From: Anaerolineales bacterium
Lineage (GTDB): Bacteria; Chloroflexota; Anaerolineae; Anaerolineales; UBA4823
Direction: 5' to 3'
Length of the DNA stretch: 64,000 bases
NCBI GenBank assembly: GCA_016929095.1
Contig: JAFGJM010000033.1
Location: 114,482-178,481, forward strand
Every line of letters begins with the position of its first letter. Position 1 is the stretch's first letter. The translations under genes and the position numbers were made by a program. Of the stretch, positions 17,640-26,402 are shown in pieces. Below the pieces are notes generated by a model. The model saw only the letters and a program-made list of their open reading frames with translations. It ran no database searches and was not told the DNA's origin.

Positions 17640-18380
17640 ATGCCGCATGCACTGTCAGAACGGCAAAAAGAATACCTTAATTTCATTCGGGAATACATCC
17701 GCGCAAACGAGATGTCTCCAGGGCTTGATGAAATTGCCCGGCATTTCGACGTAAAGTCGCCGACTGCTCATAAGATTCTGGAAGCATTGCAGGCAAAAGG
17801 TTTTATCTATTTTGTTCGATCCAGTGAGGCTGGTTTTTATATTCGCTTGGTCGAACGAGCTGGAATGCATGAAGTGGTGATGCCTGTCCCGATTTTTGGG
17901 AAAGTGGATTACCTTGGGGAAATTCAAAACTTTCCAGAATATTTCGGTGGATTCGATGATTTCTTCTTCGGTGGAAAACCAAATACAATCTTTGCGGTAG
18001 TATTAACCAAAGATATCCCAATCGCCAATATGAAAGCTGGGGACACCATAGTCTTCGACCAAAGTAAAAAGCCACAACCCGGTGATATTTGCATCCTGCC
18101 GATCGGACAGAGGTTATTTTTGGCGAAGATAGCCAGCAAAACGATGGATAGAGAAGTTCATTCAGTGGAAACATCTATCAAATACCCAATCCCCGTGGAT
18201 TTATGTAATCCTAATGTTGAGCAATTGTTGAACTATTATCCCTTGGCGTTTGATGAGAATACGGAAGAGATATTGTTCGCTATCGCCGAAGATCAAGACT
18301 GGCCGCTTGTGCCTTTACCAACCAGCTTCGCAGTAGCTACTGCTCTGCACCTTTGGCGAAAGTTCGAAGTGGGCGGATAA
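17640..18380 (+). CDS. LexA-like repressor, degenerate S24 domain (paralog 1)
   Basis: LexA wHTH 'LSERQKEYLNFI...SPGLDEIARHF.VKSPTAHKILEAL..KGFI'; no Ala-Gly site and no GDSM serine. Confidence 0.8.
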   Translation: MPHALSERQKEYLNFIREYIRANEMSPGLDEIARHFDVKSPTAHKILEALQAKGFIYFVRSSEAGFYIRLVERAGMHEVVMPVPIFGKVDYLGEIQNFPEYFGGFDDFFFGGKPNTIFAVVLTKDIPIANMKAGDTIVFDQSKKPQPGDICILPIGQRLFLAKIASKTMDREVHSVETSIKYPIPVDLCNPNVEQLLNYYPLAFDENTEEILFAIAEDQDWPLVPLPTSFAVATALHLWRKFEVGG

Positions 18381-18383
18381 ACG

Positions 18384-19031
18384 ATGACTCGAAGATCAGA
18401 TCTACGAAGCGAATATCTAAAGTTCATACGCAAATACATAGATGACAATCATTGTGCACCACGATTGGAAGAGATAGCCCAGTATTTCAATGTAACCAAA
18501 CCGACGGCTCATAAAATGCTAAGTTCTTTGATGAAGGAAGGACAACTGGTTTTTAATCGAGATGATTATTCCGGGTTCTACATACGACAAATTGAAAAGG
18601 TTGGAACTACAGCATATTTAACTGAAATTGTTATCGCGGGTGGGATCGATAGATTTGGTCGTCTGCACGAATTTCCAAAAAAACATGGGCATTTCCCGCT
18701 TGTATTACCTGGATACGATCCGGATAAATTGTTTGCATTACAGGCTTGGCAACACATTCCACAGGCGGATATTCTGTCTAATGATTTGTTGATTTTTTAT
18801 CAGGAATTGGAACCGCGGATTGGTGGGATTTGCATTATTCCAGTTGACGATGACTGGCTGATAGTTCGCCTAGTTAAGCAGGATGAAAACAGGCTGTTTT
18901 TTTGGTCTCCGGTTGTTAATAGTGAAGGTGAAAAGGATACTTGTAGGAGTTTGGGGGTAACGCAAGAGCCAATCACAAAAGAATTTGTATTGGCGAATGC
19001 CATTGCTTTAAAACGTACTTTATCGATCTGA
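18384..19031 (+). CDS. LexA-like repressor, degenerate S24 domain (paralog 2)
   Basis: 'YLKFIRKYI...APRLEEIAQYF.VTKPTAHKML'; S24-like pattern without catalytic Ser/Lys. Confidence 0.78.
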   Translation: MTRRSDLRSEYLKFIRKYIDDNHCAPRLEEIAQYFNVTKPTAHKMLSSLMKEGQLVFNRDDYSGFYIRQIEKVGTTAYLTEIVIAGGIDRFGRLHEFPKKHGHFPLVLPGYDPDKLFALQAWQHIPQADILSNDLLIFYQELEPRIGGICIIPVDDDWLIVRLVKQDENRLFFWSPVVNSEGEKDTCRSLGVTQEPITKEFVLANAIALKRTLSI

Positions 19032-19142
19032 TCAACGTAATCGAATAGCTAACTAATAGCTAATTTACTTAAAGACATGTAATGGACTTTCAAATAGGAT
19101 TCCGGTAATTATTGTGTCATACCAGGATTACCTATTTGGAAG

Positions 19143-19364
19143 ATGATAATGAATGTAAATGTTTCTGAAGAGCCATCGCAAGAACATATTGTTTCCATTG
19201 ATGAAGTCAATCGAATATTAGAAGTGGGTCGTTTGTTGTTATCCACACTTTCTCAGGAAGAGAAGAATCACCTTGAGCGGACTGTGAACAATACTCCACT
19301 TCAAGAATGGGTCGAGAATCCCATCTTGTCTGAAACTAGAATAGGTAACACCAGCGTCACTTGA
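19143..19364 (+). CDS. Small protein upstream of the recombinase (possible directionality factor)
   Basis: 73-aa ORF immediately before the recombinase; function inferred from position only. Confidence 0.45.
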   Translation: MIMNVNVSEEPSQEHIVSIDEVNRILEVGRLLLSTLSQEEKNHLERTVNNTPLQEWVENPILSETRIGNTSVT

Positions 19365-21049
19365 CGCGCGGAAGAAATATTTATAGGATTCATAATCATC
19401 AATTATTGGAGAAGGATTTGGCAGACCGAATTAACTCACCTGGTTGGGCAACTTATCTTCGAGTGAGTGATGAAGACAAACAGACTCCCGAGCGTTCTTT
19501 TGCCATGCAAAGGCAGCGAATTCAGGAGCATTTACTCACTTCATCGAATATCCCATTTAAGCGTGAGTATACGGATATGTTGACAGGGACATCTCCCAAC
19601 CGTACTGAATATCAACAAATGCTGGTGGATGCTGAATCTGGAATGTTTTCCCATTTGGGTTTATATCGGGCAGATCGTTTTGGGCGCAATACGGTTGAGG
19701 GATTGCAGTCTGCCACTCGACTGATCGGGTTAGGAATCAAGATCCGGGTGGCGCATATGCCTAGTCTGCGTCCAGAAGAACCGGATGGATTCTTCATGTT
19801 CTTGATCCAAATGGGTCTGGCACAACGTGAGGTTGATGTTCTAAAACAACGTACGGCTGATGGAATGGCAGCCAAAATGAGAGCAGGGGGATGGCCTCAA
19901 CGAGCACCGGATGGTTACGTCAATAAAGAGCGATTGGTAAGCAGCAATAAATATGAGCGCTGGATAGAAATAGACCCTGAATATAGTCAAGTAATCCGTT
20001 ATGCCTGGGATTTATTATTGACTGGCCGATACACCATGATCCAGATTTGTGAAGAATTAGCAAATATGGGATATTCTCGAAGAGGAGGTTCCCCCTGGGT
20101 TTGGGAAGATACTCAAACTGGAAAAAAGAAGCATGCGGATAATCGCTTGCATCGTATCTTTCATAATCCATTTTATGCTGGTTGGGCAGTATCGGAAAGA
20201 TTTGGGATAAAAAAAGGTGAAGTTCGGGGACAATGGGAGCCGATCATCACACCAGATGAATTTGAAAAAGGGAATGCAATTCTTCGTCAACATGATGACC
20301 AGAAATCAAGAAACAAAAAGCAATTCTACCTTCTCAGAGGGCTGGTTTCGGTAGAGGAAAATAACAAGCGTTATAAGATGTATGTATCCACACCCAGTGG
20401 ATGTCGGCAAAGCTATTCTTATTACATAACTCATACCGAAATCAATGGAAAAAGACTCCATATTCCCAGTGGCATAGTCGATGAGCAAATTGACCAGTGG
20501 GTAAATCTAATACAGGTTGATCCGACTAAGATACCTGCTATTCGCAAATTGTACCAATTCGAGATTAAAAACGTGACACATGATAATCGAGAGGAAACAA
20601 TAGACGGATTAAAACGTCAATTGACGAGATTGAAAGATGAAGAAGGGAGGTTGGGACGATTACTAATTACAAATAAAATTAGTGAAACGACCTACGACCA
20701 ACTGCGTAAAGAATGGCAAGAGAAAATCCAGCGTATGGAAATAAACATAGCTGATCTTGAGCGCGAAACACTTGTTCGTGTGGATGATTTGGATGTTGCC
20801 CTAGTATTGATGGGAAATATAAGTCTTTTGTATCAAAGACTAAAAGGGAAAAACCGGGCAACGCTCTTGCAGATTTTAGTAAAGCAGTTTATAGTTGACG
20901 TGCAAGGAAAAATAATCAATTGTGAATTGAATTCCCCGTTTACATACTTGAAGATCCTTGCGAATGAAATTAACCCTAATACCCACGAGTCATGTAGTTC
21001 GACTCAGGTCTTCGTAGGGGCACCAAAAACCGCTCAACGATTGTGTTGA
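19361..21049 (+). CDS. Large serine recombinase (integrase); start may be TTG 19418
   Basis: 'YLRVS...Q', 'DRFGRN', 'RAPDGY', recombinase domain 'IFHNPFYAG...WEPII', 'YLLRGL', coiled coil; GGAGAAGG precedes TTG 19418. Confidence 0.93.
   Translation: MTRGRNIYRIHNHQLLEKDLADRINSPGWATYLRVSDEDKQTPERSFAMQRQRIQEHLLTSSNIPFKREYTDMLTGTSPNRTEYQQMLVDAESGMFSHLGLYRADRFGRNTVEGLQSATRLIGLGIKIRVAHMPSLRPEEPDGFFMFLIQMGLAQREVDVLKQRTADGMAAKMRAGGWPQRAPDGYVNKERLVSSNKYERWIEIDPEYSQVIRYAWDLLLTGRYTMIQICEELANMGYSRRGGSPWVWEDTQTGKKKHADNRLHRIFHNPFYAGWAVSERFGIKKGEVRGQWEPIITPDEFEKGNAILRQHDDQKSRNKKQFYLLRGLVSVEENNKRYKMYVSTPSGCRQSYSYYITHTEINGKRLHIPSGIVDEQIDQWVNLIQVDPTKIPAIRKLYQFEIKNVTHDNREETIDGLKRQLTRLKDEEGRLGRLLITNKISETTYDQLRKEWQEKIQRMEINIADLERETLVRVDDLDVALVLMGNISLLYQRLKGKNRATLLQILVKQFIVDVQGKIINCELNSPFTYLKILANEINPNTHESCSSTQVFVGAPKTAQRLC
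20997..21025 (+). other. Putative attR: displaced tRNA 3' end plus T-loop-like motif
   Basis: GTTCGACTC at 20997-21005 and GGGGCACCA at 21017-21025, immediately followed by a terminator. Confidence 0.65.
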
Positions 21050-21063
21050 GCGGTTTATTTTTA
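21027..21063. terminator. Bidirectional intrinsic terminator
   Basis: AAACCGCTCAAC-gattgt-GTTGAGCGGTTT followed by a T-run. Confidence 0.8.
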
Positions 21064-21119
21064 GGTATCCGCATCATTGTGTGTTCGAGAAACCTGCTCC
21101 CACAGGTTTCTTGAATCTC

Positions 21120-22541
21120 CTATACATCGAAATATAAACTCATTTCGTATGGATGCGGGCGGTTACGCACCGGGTAATATTCTTTATTGCGCTTGTAGTC
21201 TATCCACTGTGCGATCAGAAGTTCGCTGAACACATCCCCTGCCAGCAAGAATTCATGGTCATTCTCCAGCGCCACCAGCGCCTCGTCTAACGTGGCAGGT
21301 AGACTCTTGACCGCAGCCCGCTGTTCGTCCGTCCAGGAAAAAATATTAGCATCAATGGGCCCAAACCCGGCTTCGGTGGGATCGATCTTGCGCTGAATAC
21401 CATCCATGCCAGCCAATAGCATAGCCGCCAGGGCTAAATAAACATTACAGGTGGCATCCGGAGTGCGGAATTCCATACGTGCTGTATCGGGTTGGGTGGC
21501 ATATTTAGGGACTCTTACCGCCGCAGAGCGATTCCCCAGAGAGAAGAAGGCATTTACCGGCGCTTCGAAACCTGGAACTAATCGGCTGTACGAATTGGTG
21601 CTCGGGTTGGTTAATGCCAACAATGCCGGGCTGTGTTTGAGTAAACCACCAATATAATAAAGAGCAGTCTGACTCAGACAACCGTAACCTTTCGAATCAT
21701 AGAATACATTCACGCCATCTTTAAATAGATGCTGGTGGAAATGCATCCCACTGCCAGCCTCCCCGTACAACGGTTTGGGCATGAAAGTCACTGTTTTACC
21801 GCTTTGGTGCGCCACCATTTTTGTCACATACTTAATGATCATTGTGGCGTCACCCGCTTGAACCAACCCCATCATGGGTGTCTCGATCTCCGATTGTCCG
21901 GGTCCGCCTACTTCGTGATGGTGATACTTGACCGGTACACCCATTTCTTGTAAGCGCAGGCACATCTCGCTGCGTAGATTGAAAAATTGGTCCTTGGGCG
22001 GGATAGCATGATAGCCTCCATGAAGGGGGATGTAGTGTCCGTGACCTCCTTCAGCGCTGTTCCAATCAGCTTCCGTACAGTCAACCCGATAGCTGGCGCG
22101 GTTTACCCCATATTCGTAGGAGACGCTGTCGAAAATATAAAACTCGAATTCTGGACCCCAGCGAGAATCGGTGGCAATATTGCTCTTGCGAAGATGCTCC
22201 TCTGCACGAATGGCAATGTTACGCGGGTCATTTGGGAAGATATCATGCGTGTCAGCTTCCAGTGTGGCGCAGATGAAGCTGAGGGTCTCTGCCTGCCAAA
22301 AGGGGTCGCGCATCGCGGTAGCTAACTCGGGCACCAGCACCATGTCGCCGGCTTTCACACTTTTCAACCCCACTGCAGAACCGTCAAACCCAATGCCGTT
22401 TTCCATTAAATCGAGTGAAAATTGATTTGCCGGAACACTTAAGTGGTGCCAACGCCCATATAGATCGCAGAACTTAAGATCTACGATCTGAATATTTTGC
22501 TCTTTGATATAATGCTGAGCCTGTTCAAATTTTGAAAACAT
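21120..22541 (-). CDS. glnA: Glutamine synthetase type I
   Basis: FDGSA, GPEFEF, HHHEV, TFMPKP, GSGMHFH, NRSAAVRVP, EFRTPD; GGAGG before ATG 22541. Confidence 0.92.
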   Translation of the reverse strand: MFSKFEQAQHYIKEQNIQIVDLKFCDLYGRWHHLSVPANQFSLDLMENGIGFDGSAVGLKSVKAGDMVLVPELATAMRDPFWQAETLSFICATLEADTHDIFPNDPRNIAIRAEEHLRKSNIATDSRWGPEFEFYIFDSVSYEYGVNRASYRVDCTEADWNSAEGGHGHYIPLHGGYHAIPPKDQFFNLRSEMCLRLQEMGVPVKYHHHEVGGPGQSEIETPMMGLVQAGDATMIIKYVTKMVAHQSGKTVTFMPKPLYGEAGSGMHFHQHLFKDGVNVFYDSKGYGCLSQTALYYIGGLLKHSPALLALTNPSTNSYSRLVPGFEAPVNAFFSLGNRSAAVRVPKYATQPDTARMEFRTPDATCNVYLALAAMLLAGMDGIQRKIDPTEAGFGPIDANIFSWTDEQRAAVKSLPATLDEALVALENDHEFLLAGDVFSELLIAQWIDYKRNKEYYPVRNRPHPYEMSLYFDV

Positions 22542-22635
22542 ACCAGGTCCTCCCATCATATTTTTTGATATCAATTTTTCTCAAGGTTGGGGTTGCTGCA
22601 AAGCCGGATGATGTATTAAGAGTATACATTGGTTT

Positions 22636-24450
22636 TTAATGTTTTAGATAATGCCTGAACCAATTCACAATAGCCTCATTGGTTTTGACCCTGGTTGAAA
22701 CCTGTTTAAATTGATGACCTTCGTTTGGAAAGATATACTGATTAAAAGTGACGTTTTTTTTATAAAGCATGCGCGATAATTGGTCTGGTTCACTCAACGG
22801 CACATTGCGATCATTCTCCCCATGCAAGATAAGCAGAGGCGCCTCGATCTTTTGAGCCCAATGAATGGGAGATAACTTGCGTAACATTTGCCGGTCTGTT
22901 TTAGGGTCGCCATATTTCAGTTTTGAGATGGCGGCTATCCAGGGTTCGGTGTAGGTGAAAAATGTCTCAAAATTCACGAATCCTGAGATCGTCACCCCCG
23001 CGTTAAATAATTGTGGGTAAAGAGCCAGACCGGAAACCGTGAGATATCCGCCATAGGAAGCCCCCATAATTCCCAGGCATTGCGGATTTGTATAGCCCTC
23101 CTTGCAGATAAACTCTGCACTGGATTGGATGTCTCTTAGAGTGTTCAGGCGATTTATCCCATTATCCCAGTTCATGAATACTTTTCCATACCCGGAAGAG
23201 CCGCGGATGTTAGGAGCCATGACGGCAATTCCGGCGCATAAAAGCGCCTGATAAGTGCTATTAAAGGCGGGAAGTTCTTGTGCTTCAGGCCCTCCATGAA
23301 AACACAGCACAAGAGGACCCGGGGGTGAAAAGGTACGAGGGATGTATAACCACCCACTCAATTCGTACCCATCATGCGATGAATAGGTGACAAGTTCTGG
23401 CTGGATCAGTGATTGCAGCCTGATTCCAGCGTGAGGACTGGCACTAATGGGGGATATTTGCTCGTTATCCAATGCCAAGAGGTAAATATTTTCGGGCAAG
23501 TTTGATCCGGTAGCAGCGATGACCACATGTTTTCCATCAGGTGAAATCTTAATCTGCGTAATAATATCTGCGGGCGTTGGCAGGTGTTTTGGTTCTTGCC
23601 TGCCCTCCAGGGAAACCCATTCCAATTCGCTGCGCCCGTTAACATTCCACATCATCACCACCGAGTGTTTGTCGGTATGAACATCGAATGTTTGCAGGTC
23701 TGCATCTTCTCTCTCATAAAGGATTTCCAACTGATTCAAGTCGATATCGGTAGCTAATGGCAAGCGGGCAAAGGCGGTTCGATCTCGTCCAAGGTTAGTA
23801 GCCAGTAAAATATTCTTGCCATCTGGAGAAAAACGTGCCTGTGGAAATTGTGCAATATCTTGATGAGGAATTAGCTGATGCTCCCTGCCATGTATCAAAT
23901 CGAGCAATAAGAGTTCTTCATCACATCGATTTAAGCGGCGAACCAACAATGCTAAACCACTGGCTTGATGAAAGTCGGCGAACAATCCATCGCCGACGTC
24001 GTGGGTGATGAGTTGGGGGTGATCGCTTGAGATGTCGTACTGGTACAGGTCCATTTTTTCGGGTGAACGGCGGTTTGAGAAGTAAGTGAGCGTTTTTCCA
24101 TCTGAAAGCCAGTTTGCTAAAAAGTTAATCTCATTACCACCATTTGTCAGACAACGCAGATCGCTCCCATCCGGACGAACGATAAAGATTTGTTCATTCA
24201 TTCCGCCGGCCGGGGCAACGCCGAAAGCCAGCCATTCTCCTGCCGGAGACCAAACTACTTTAGAAACCGGGTCATCCAGTACAGTGATTGGGGTTGGCCA
24301 TCCACCGCATACAGGGACTCGCCACACTTGAGGGAGACCGCTCAGATCGGAAAGGAATGCCAATTGCGTGCCATCCGGAGAAAAGACCGGCGCCCAACAA
24401 GCACCTGCTTTAGCAAGGAGTGTGGTTTGGGTGGGAAGCGAGTAGACCAT
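22636..24450 (-). CDS. S9-family (prolyl oligopeptidase/acylaminoacyl) peptidase
   Basis: Beta-propeller N-terminus; HGGPE, GASYGG, HGENDRNV, EGH catalytic motifs. Confidence 0.9.
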   Translation of the reverse strand: MVYSLPTQTTLLAKAGACWAPVFSPDGTQLAFLSDLSGLPQVWRVPVCGGWPTPITVLDDPVSKVVWSPAGEWLAFGVAPAGGMNEQIFIVRPDGSDLRCLTNGGNEINFLANWLSDGKTLTYFSNRRSPEKMDLYQYDISSDHPQLITHDVGDGLFADFHQASGLALLVRRLNRCDEELLLLDLIHGREHQLIPHQDIAQFPQARFSPDGKNILLATNLGRDRTAFARLPLATDIDLNQLEILYEREDADLQTFDVHTDKHSVVMMWNVNGRSELEWVSLEGRQEPKHLPTPADIITQIKISPDGKHVVIAATGSNLPENIYLLALDNEQISPISASPHAGIRLQSLIQPELVTYSSHDGYELSGWLYIPRTFSPPGPLVLCFHGGPEAQELPAFNSTYQALLCAGIAVMAPNIRGSSGYGKVFMNWDNGINRLNTLRDIQSSAEFICKEGYTNPQCLGIMGASYGGYLTVSGLALYPQLFNAGVTISGFVNFETFFTYTEPWIAAISKLKYGDPKTDRQMLRKLSPIHWAQKIEAPLLILHGENDRNVPLSEPDQLSRMLYKKNVTFNQYIFPNEGHQFKQVSTRVKTNEAIVNWFRHYLKH

Positions 24451-24454
24451 GATT

Positions 24455-25384
24455 TCAAGAAGACCTGGTTTTTGAAAAAATTTGTTGAAAGTGAGGGTCC
24501 AAAGCATTCCTCAACCCGTCCCCCACAAAGTTGAATCCCATCACAGTGAGCATGATTGCCAGCCCAGGGAAGATTCCCAACCAGGGTGCAGACTGGATGA
24601 ATCCCCGGCTTTCTTTTAGCATCCTACCCCAACTTGGGTCTGGAATTTGGGTGCCCAGTCCTAAGAAACTCAAAGCGGCTTCGTTCAATATCGCAAAGGC
24701 GAGACTTAAGGATGCCTCTACAATAATTGGCGCAGATACGTTGGGCAAGAGATGGGAAAAAATAATCCACCCGTCACTTGCCCCCAAAGCACGGCTGGCT
24801 TCTACGTATGTTGTCTGACGAACGGTTAATGCGCTGCCGCGTGTGATACGAGCGAAGATTGGAGTATAAACAACCCCAATTGCTATCATCGCATTTTCGA
24901 CCCCCTCACCTAAAATTGCCAGGATTGCTATTGCCAGCAGGATAGCCGGAAAGGCAAATAGGATGTCCATGAGACGCATTATGATTTCATCTATCAAACC
25001 GCCGTAATAGCCACTCAAAACACCCAATAAAGTTCCGGCGACCATGGAGATGCCTACGGCGATCAATCCAACTTTCAAGGAAACTTGAGCGCCATAGATA
25101 ATCCGGCTTAACACATCCCGGCCGAATTCGTCTGTTCCCAGGAGATGGTTCGAGTCTGGCGTTGATAGACGATTGGCCATATCCAAAGCATTTGGGTCAT
25201 AGGGCGCCAGATATGGCCCTGCAACTGCCATCACCAGCAATAATATCAAGATCAGTAAACCAATGCGCGCTAAGCGGTTTCCCAAGAGACGACGCAGGAT
25301 CAGCAACCAACCGTGTGTGGGTTGGTTTATTTCTTGAGGTTTTTCTTCCAGAATTAGATCCGTTGACGTAAGATTTGTCATCAA
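24455..25384 (-). CDS. Peptide/nickel ABC permease (DppC/OppC-like)
   Basis: 'LGTDEFGRD', 'YVEASRALGAS', 'EAALSFLGLG'. Confidence 0.92.
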   Translation of the reverse strand: MMTNLTSTDLILEEKPQEINQPTHGWLLILRRLLGNRLARIGLLILILLLVMAVAGPYLAPYDPNALDMANRLSTPDSNHLLGTDEFGRDVLSRIIYGAQVSLKVGLIAVGISMVAGTLLGVLSGYYGGLIDEIIMRLMDILFAFPAILLAIAILAILGEGVENAMIAIGVVYTPIFARITRGSALTVRQTTYVEASRALGASDGWIIFSHLLPNVSAPIIVEASLSLAFAILNEAALSFLGLGTQIPDPSWGRMLKESRGFIQSAPWLGIFPGLAIMLTVMGFNFVGDGLRNALDPHFQQIFSKTRSS

Positions 25385-25396
25385 ATTAACCTTCTG

Positions 25397-26344
25397 TCAC
25401 TCGGAGTACTTAATACGCGGATCTAGAAACGTGTATAAAATATCCACGAATAAATTTATCAAGGTGAAAGTGAAAGCCACCAATAATACTGCCCCCTGCA
25501 CCATCGGGTAATCTCTGCGGGTCACACTATCCAAGGTTAACCTGCCAAGCCCAGGCCAGGCAAAAATGATTTCAACCACAATAACACCGCTAAGTAATGA
25601 TGCCAACTGCATACCCACCGCTGTCACAATGGGGATGGCTGCATTCCGCAGAACATGCCGAAGGATTACACGGCGTTCTCGCATACCTTTTGCGCGGGCT
25701 GCACGTACATAATCTTCGTGTAAGACTTCAATCACTGCTGAACGGATGAAGCGGGTCAAGATCGAGGCTGTGATCACGCCCACCGTTAACGAAGGCAATA
25801 TCAGATGTTTCAACCACATGAGTGGCTCGGTGGATAAGTCAGTATATCCGGAAGGAGGTAACCAACCCAAAAATAAAGAAAAAACCAGAATAAGCATGAT
25901 TCCCATCCAAAAATCAGGGATGGACATACCTATCTGGCTGAAAAGAGCGGCGGCATAATCCCATGCTCGCCCGGGATAAAGGGCAGAAATAATTCCGGTT
26001 GGCAGGGCTATTACCAGGGCAATGAGCAATGAAGCGACTGCAAGTGTCATTGTGGCAGGTAATCGCTGCAATACTGCCTGGGTAACTTTTTCTCCGGTAA
26101 GAATGCTGAAGCCTAAATCTCCCTGCAAGGCAGACCAAAGCCATTTACCAAACTGAACCAGCAAAGGACGGTCGTATCCCAATTGGCGGCGAATCAATTC
26201 CACTTTTTCTTGATCTGCTTGTAAGCCCAGCATGATACGAACCGGGTCGCCTGGCACCATATGGATGATCATAAACACGACGAATGCAATGCCAAATAAG
26301 ACCAGAAGAGTTGTCAGTAGGCGTTTTAATAGATAAGCGGGCAT
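25397..26344 (-). CDS. Peptide/nickel ABC permease (DppB/OppB-like)
   Basis: 'PGDPV', 'DYVRAARAKG', 'FAWPGLG', 'RDYP'. Confidence 0.92.
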   Translation of the reverse strand: MPAYLLKRLLTTLLVLFGIAFVVFMIIHMVPGDPVRIMLGLQADQEKVELIRRQLGYDRPLLVQFGKWLWSALQGDLGFSILTGEKVTQAVLQRLPATMTLAVASLLIALVIALPTGIISALYPGRAWDYAAALFSQIGMSIPDFWMGIMLILVFSLFLGWLPPSGYTDLSTEPLMWLKHLILPSLTVGVITASILTRFIRSAVIEVLHEDYVRAARAKGMRERRVILRHVLRNAAIPIVTAVGMQLASLLSGVIVVEIIFAWPGLGRLTLDSVTRRDYPMVQGAVLLVAFTFTLINLFVDILYTFLDPRIKYSE

Positions 26345-26358
26345 AGAAACCTGCAGGT

Positions 26359-26392
26359 GGAAGGGGAAGCCATCCCTTCTGCTTCCCCTTCC
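26359..26392 (-). terminator. Intercistronic hairpin after the substrate-binding protein gene (mRNA stabiliser/attenuator)
   Basis: GGAAGGGGAAGC / GCTTCCCCTTCC 12-bp stem. Confidence 0.6.
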
Positions 26393-26402
26393 CGATGGTT
26401 AA

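Larger units (their letters stand above)
1..21025. mobile_element. Integrative mobilizable element (right part); left end outside window
   Basis: Contains a serine recombinase, relaxase, VirD4-like ATPase, primase, wHTH initiator with origin, ParA cassette and AT-rich cargo. Ends at the tRNA-like 3' fragment GGGGCACCA (21017-21025), after which housekeeping genes begin. Confidence 0.88.

Noticed and set aside
20980-21025. Intact tRNA gene
   Set aside because: Only a T-loop-like motif and 3' end are present; no D arm or anticodon arm, and the spacing is 5 nt too long
1-21049. Prophage or full conjugative ICE
   Set aside because: No capsid, terminase, tail, VirB4 or pilus genes in the visible part
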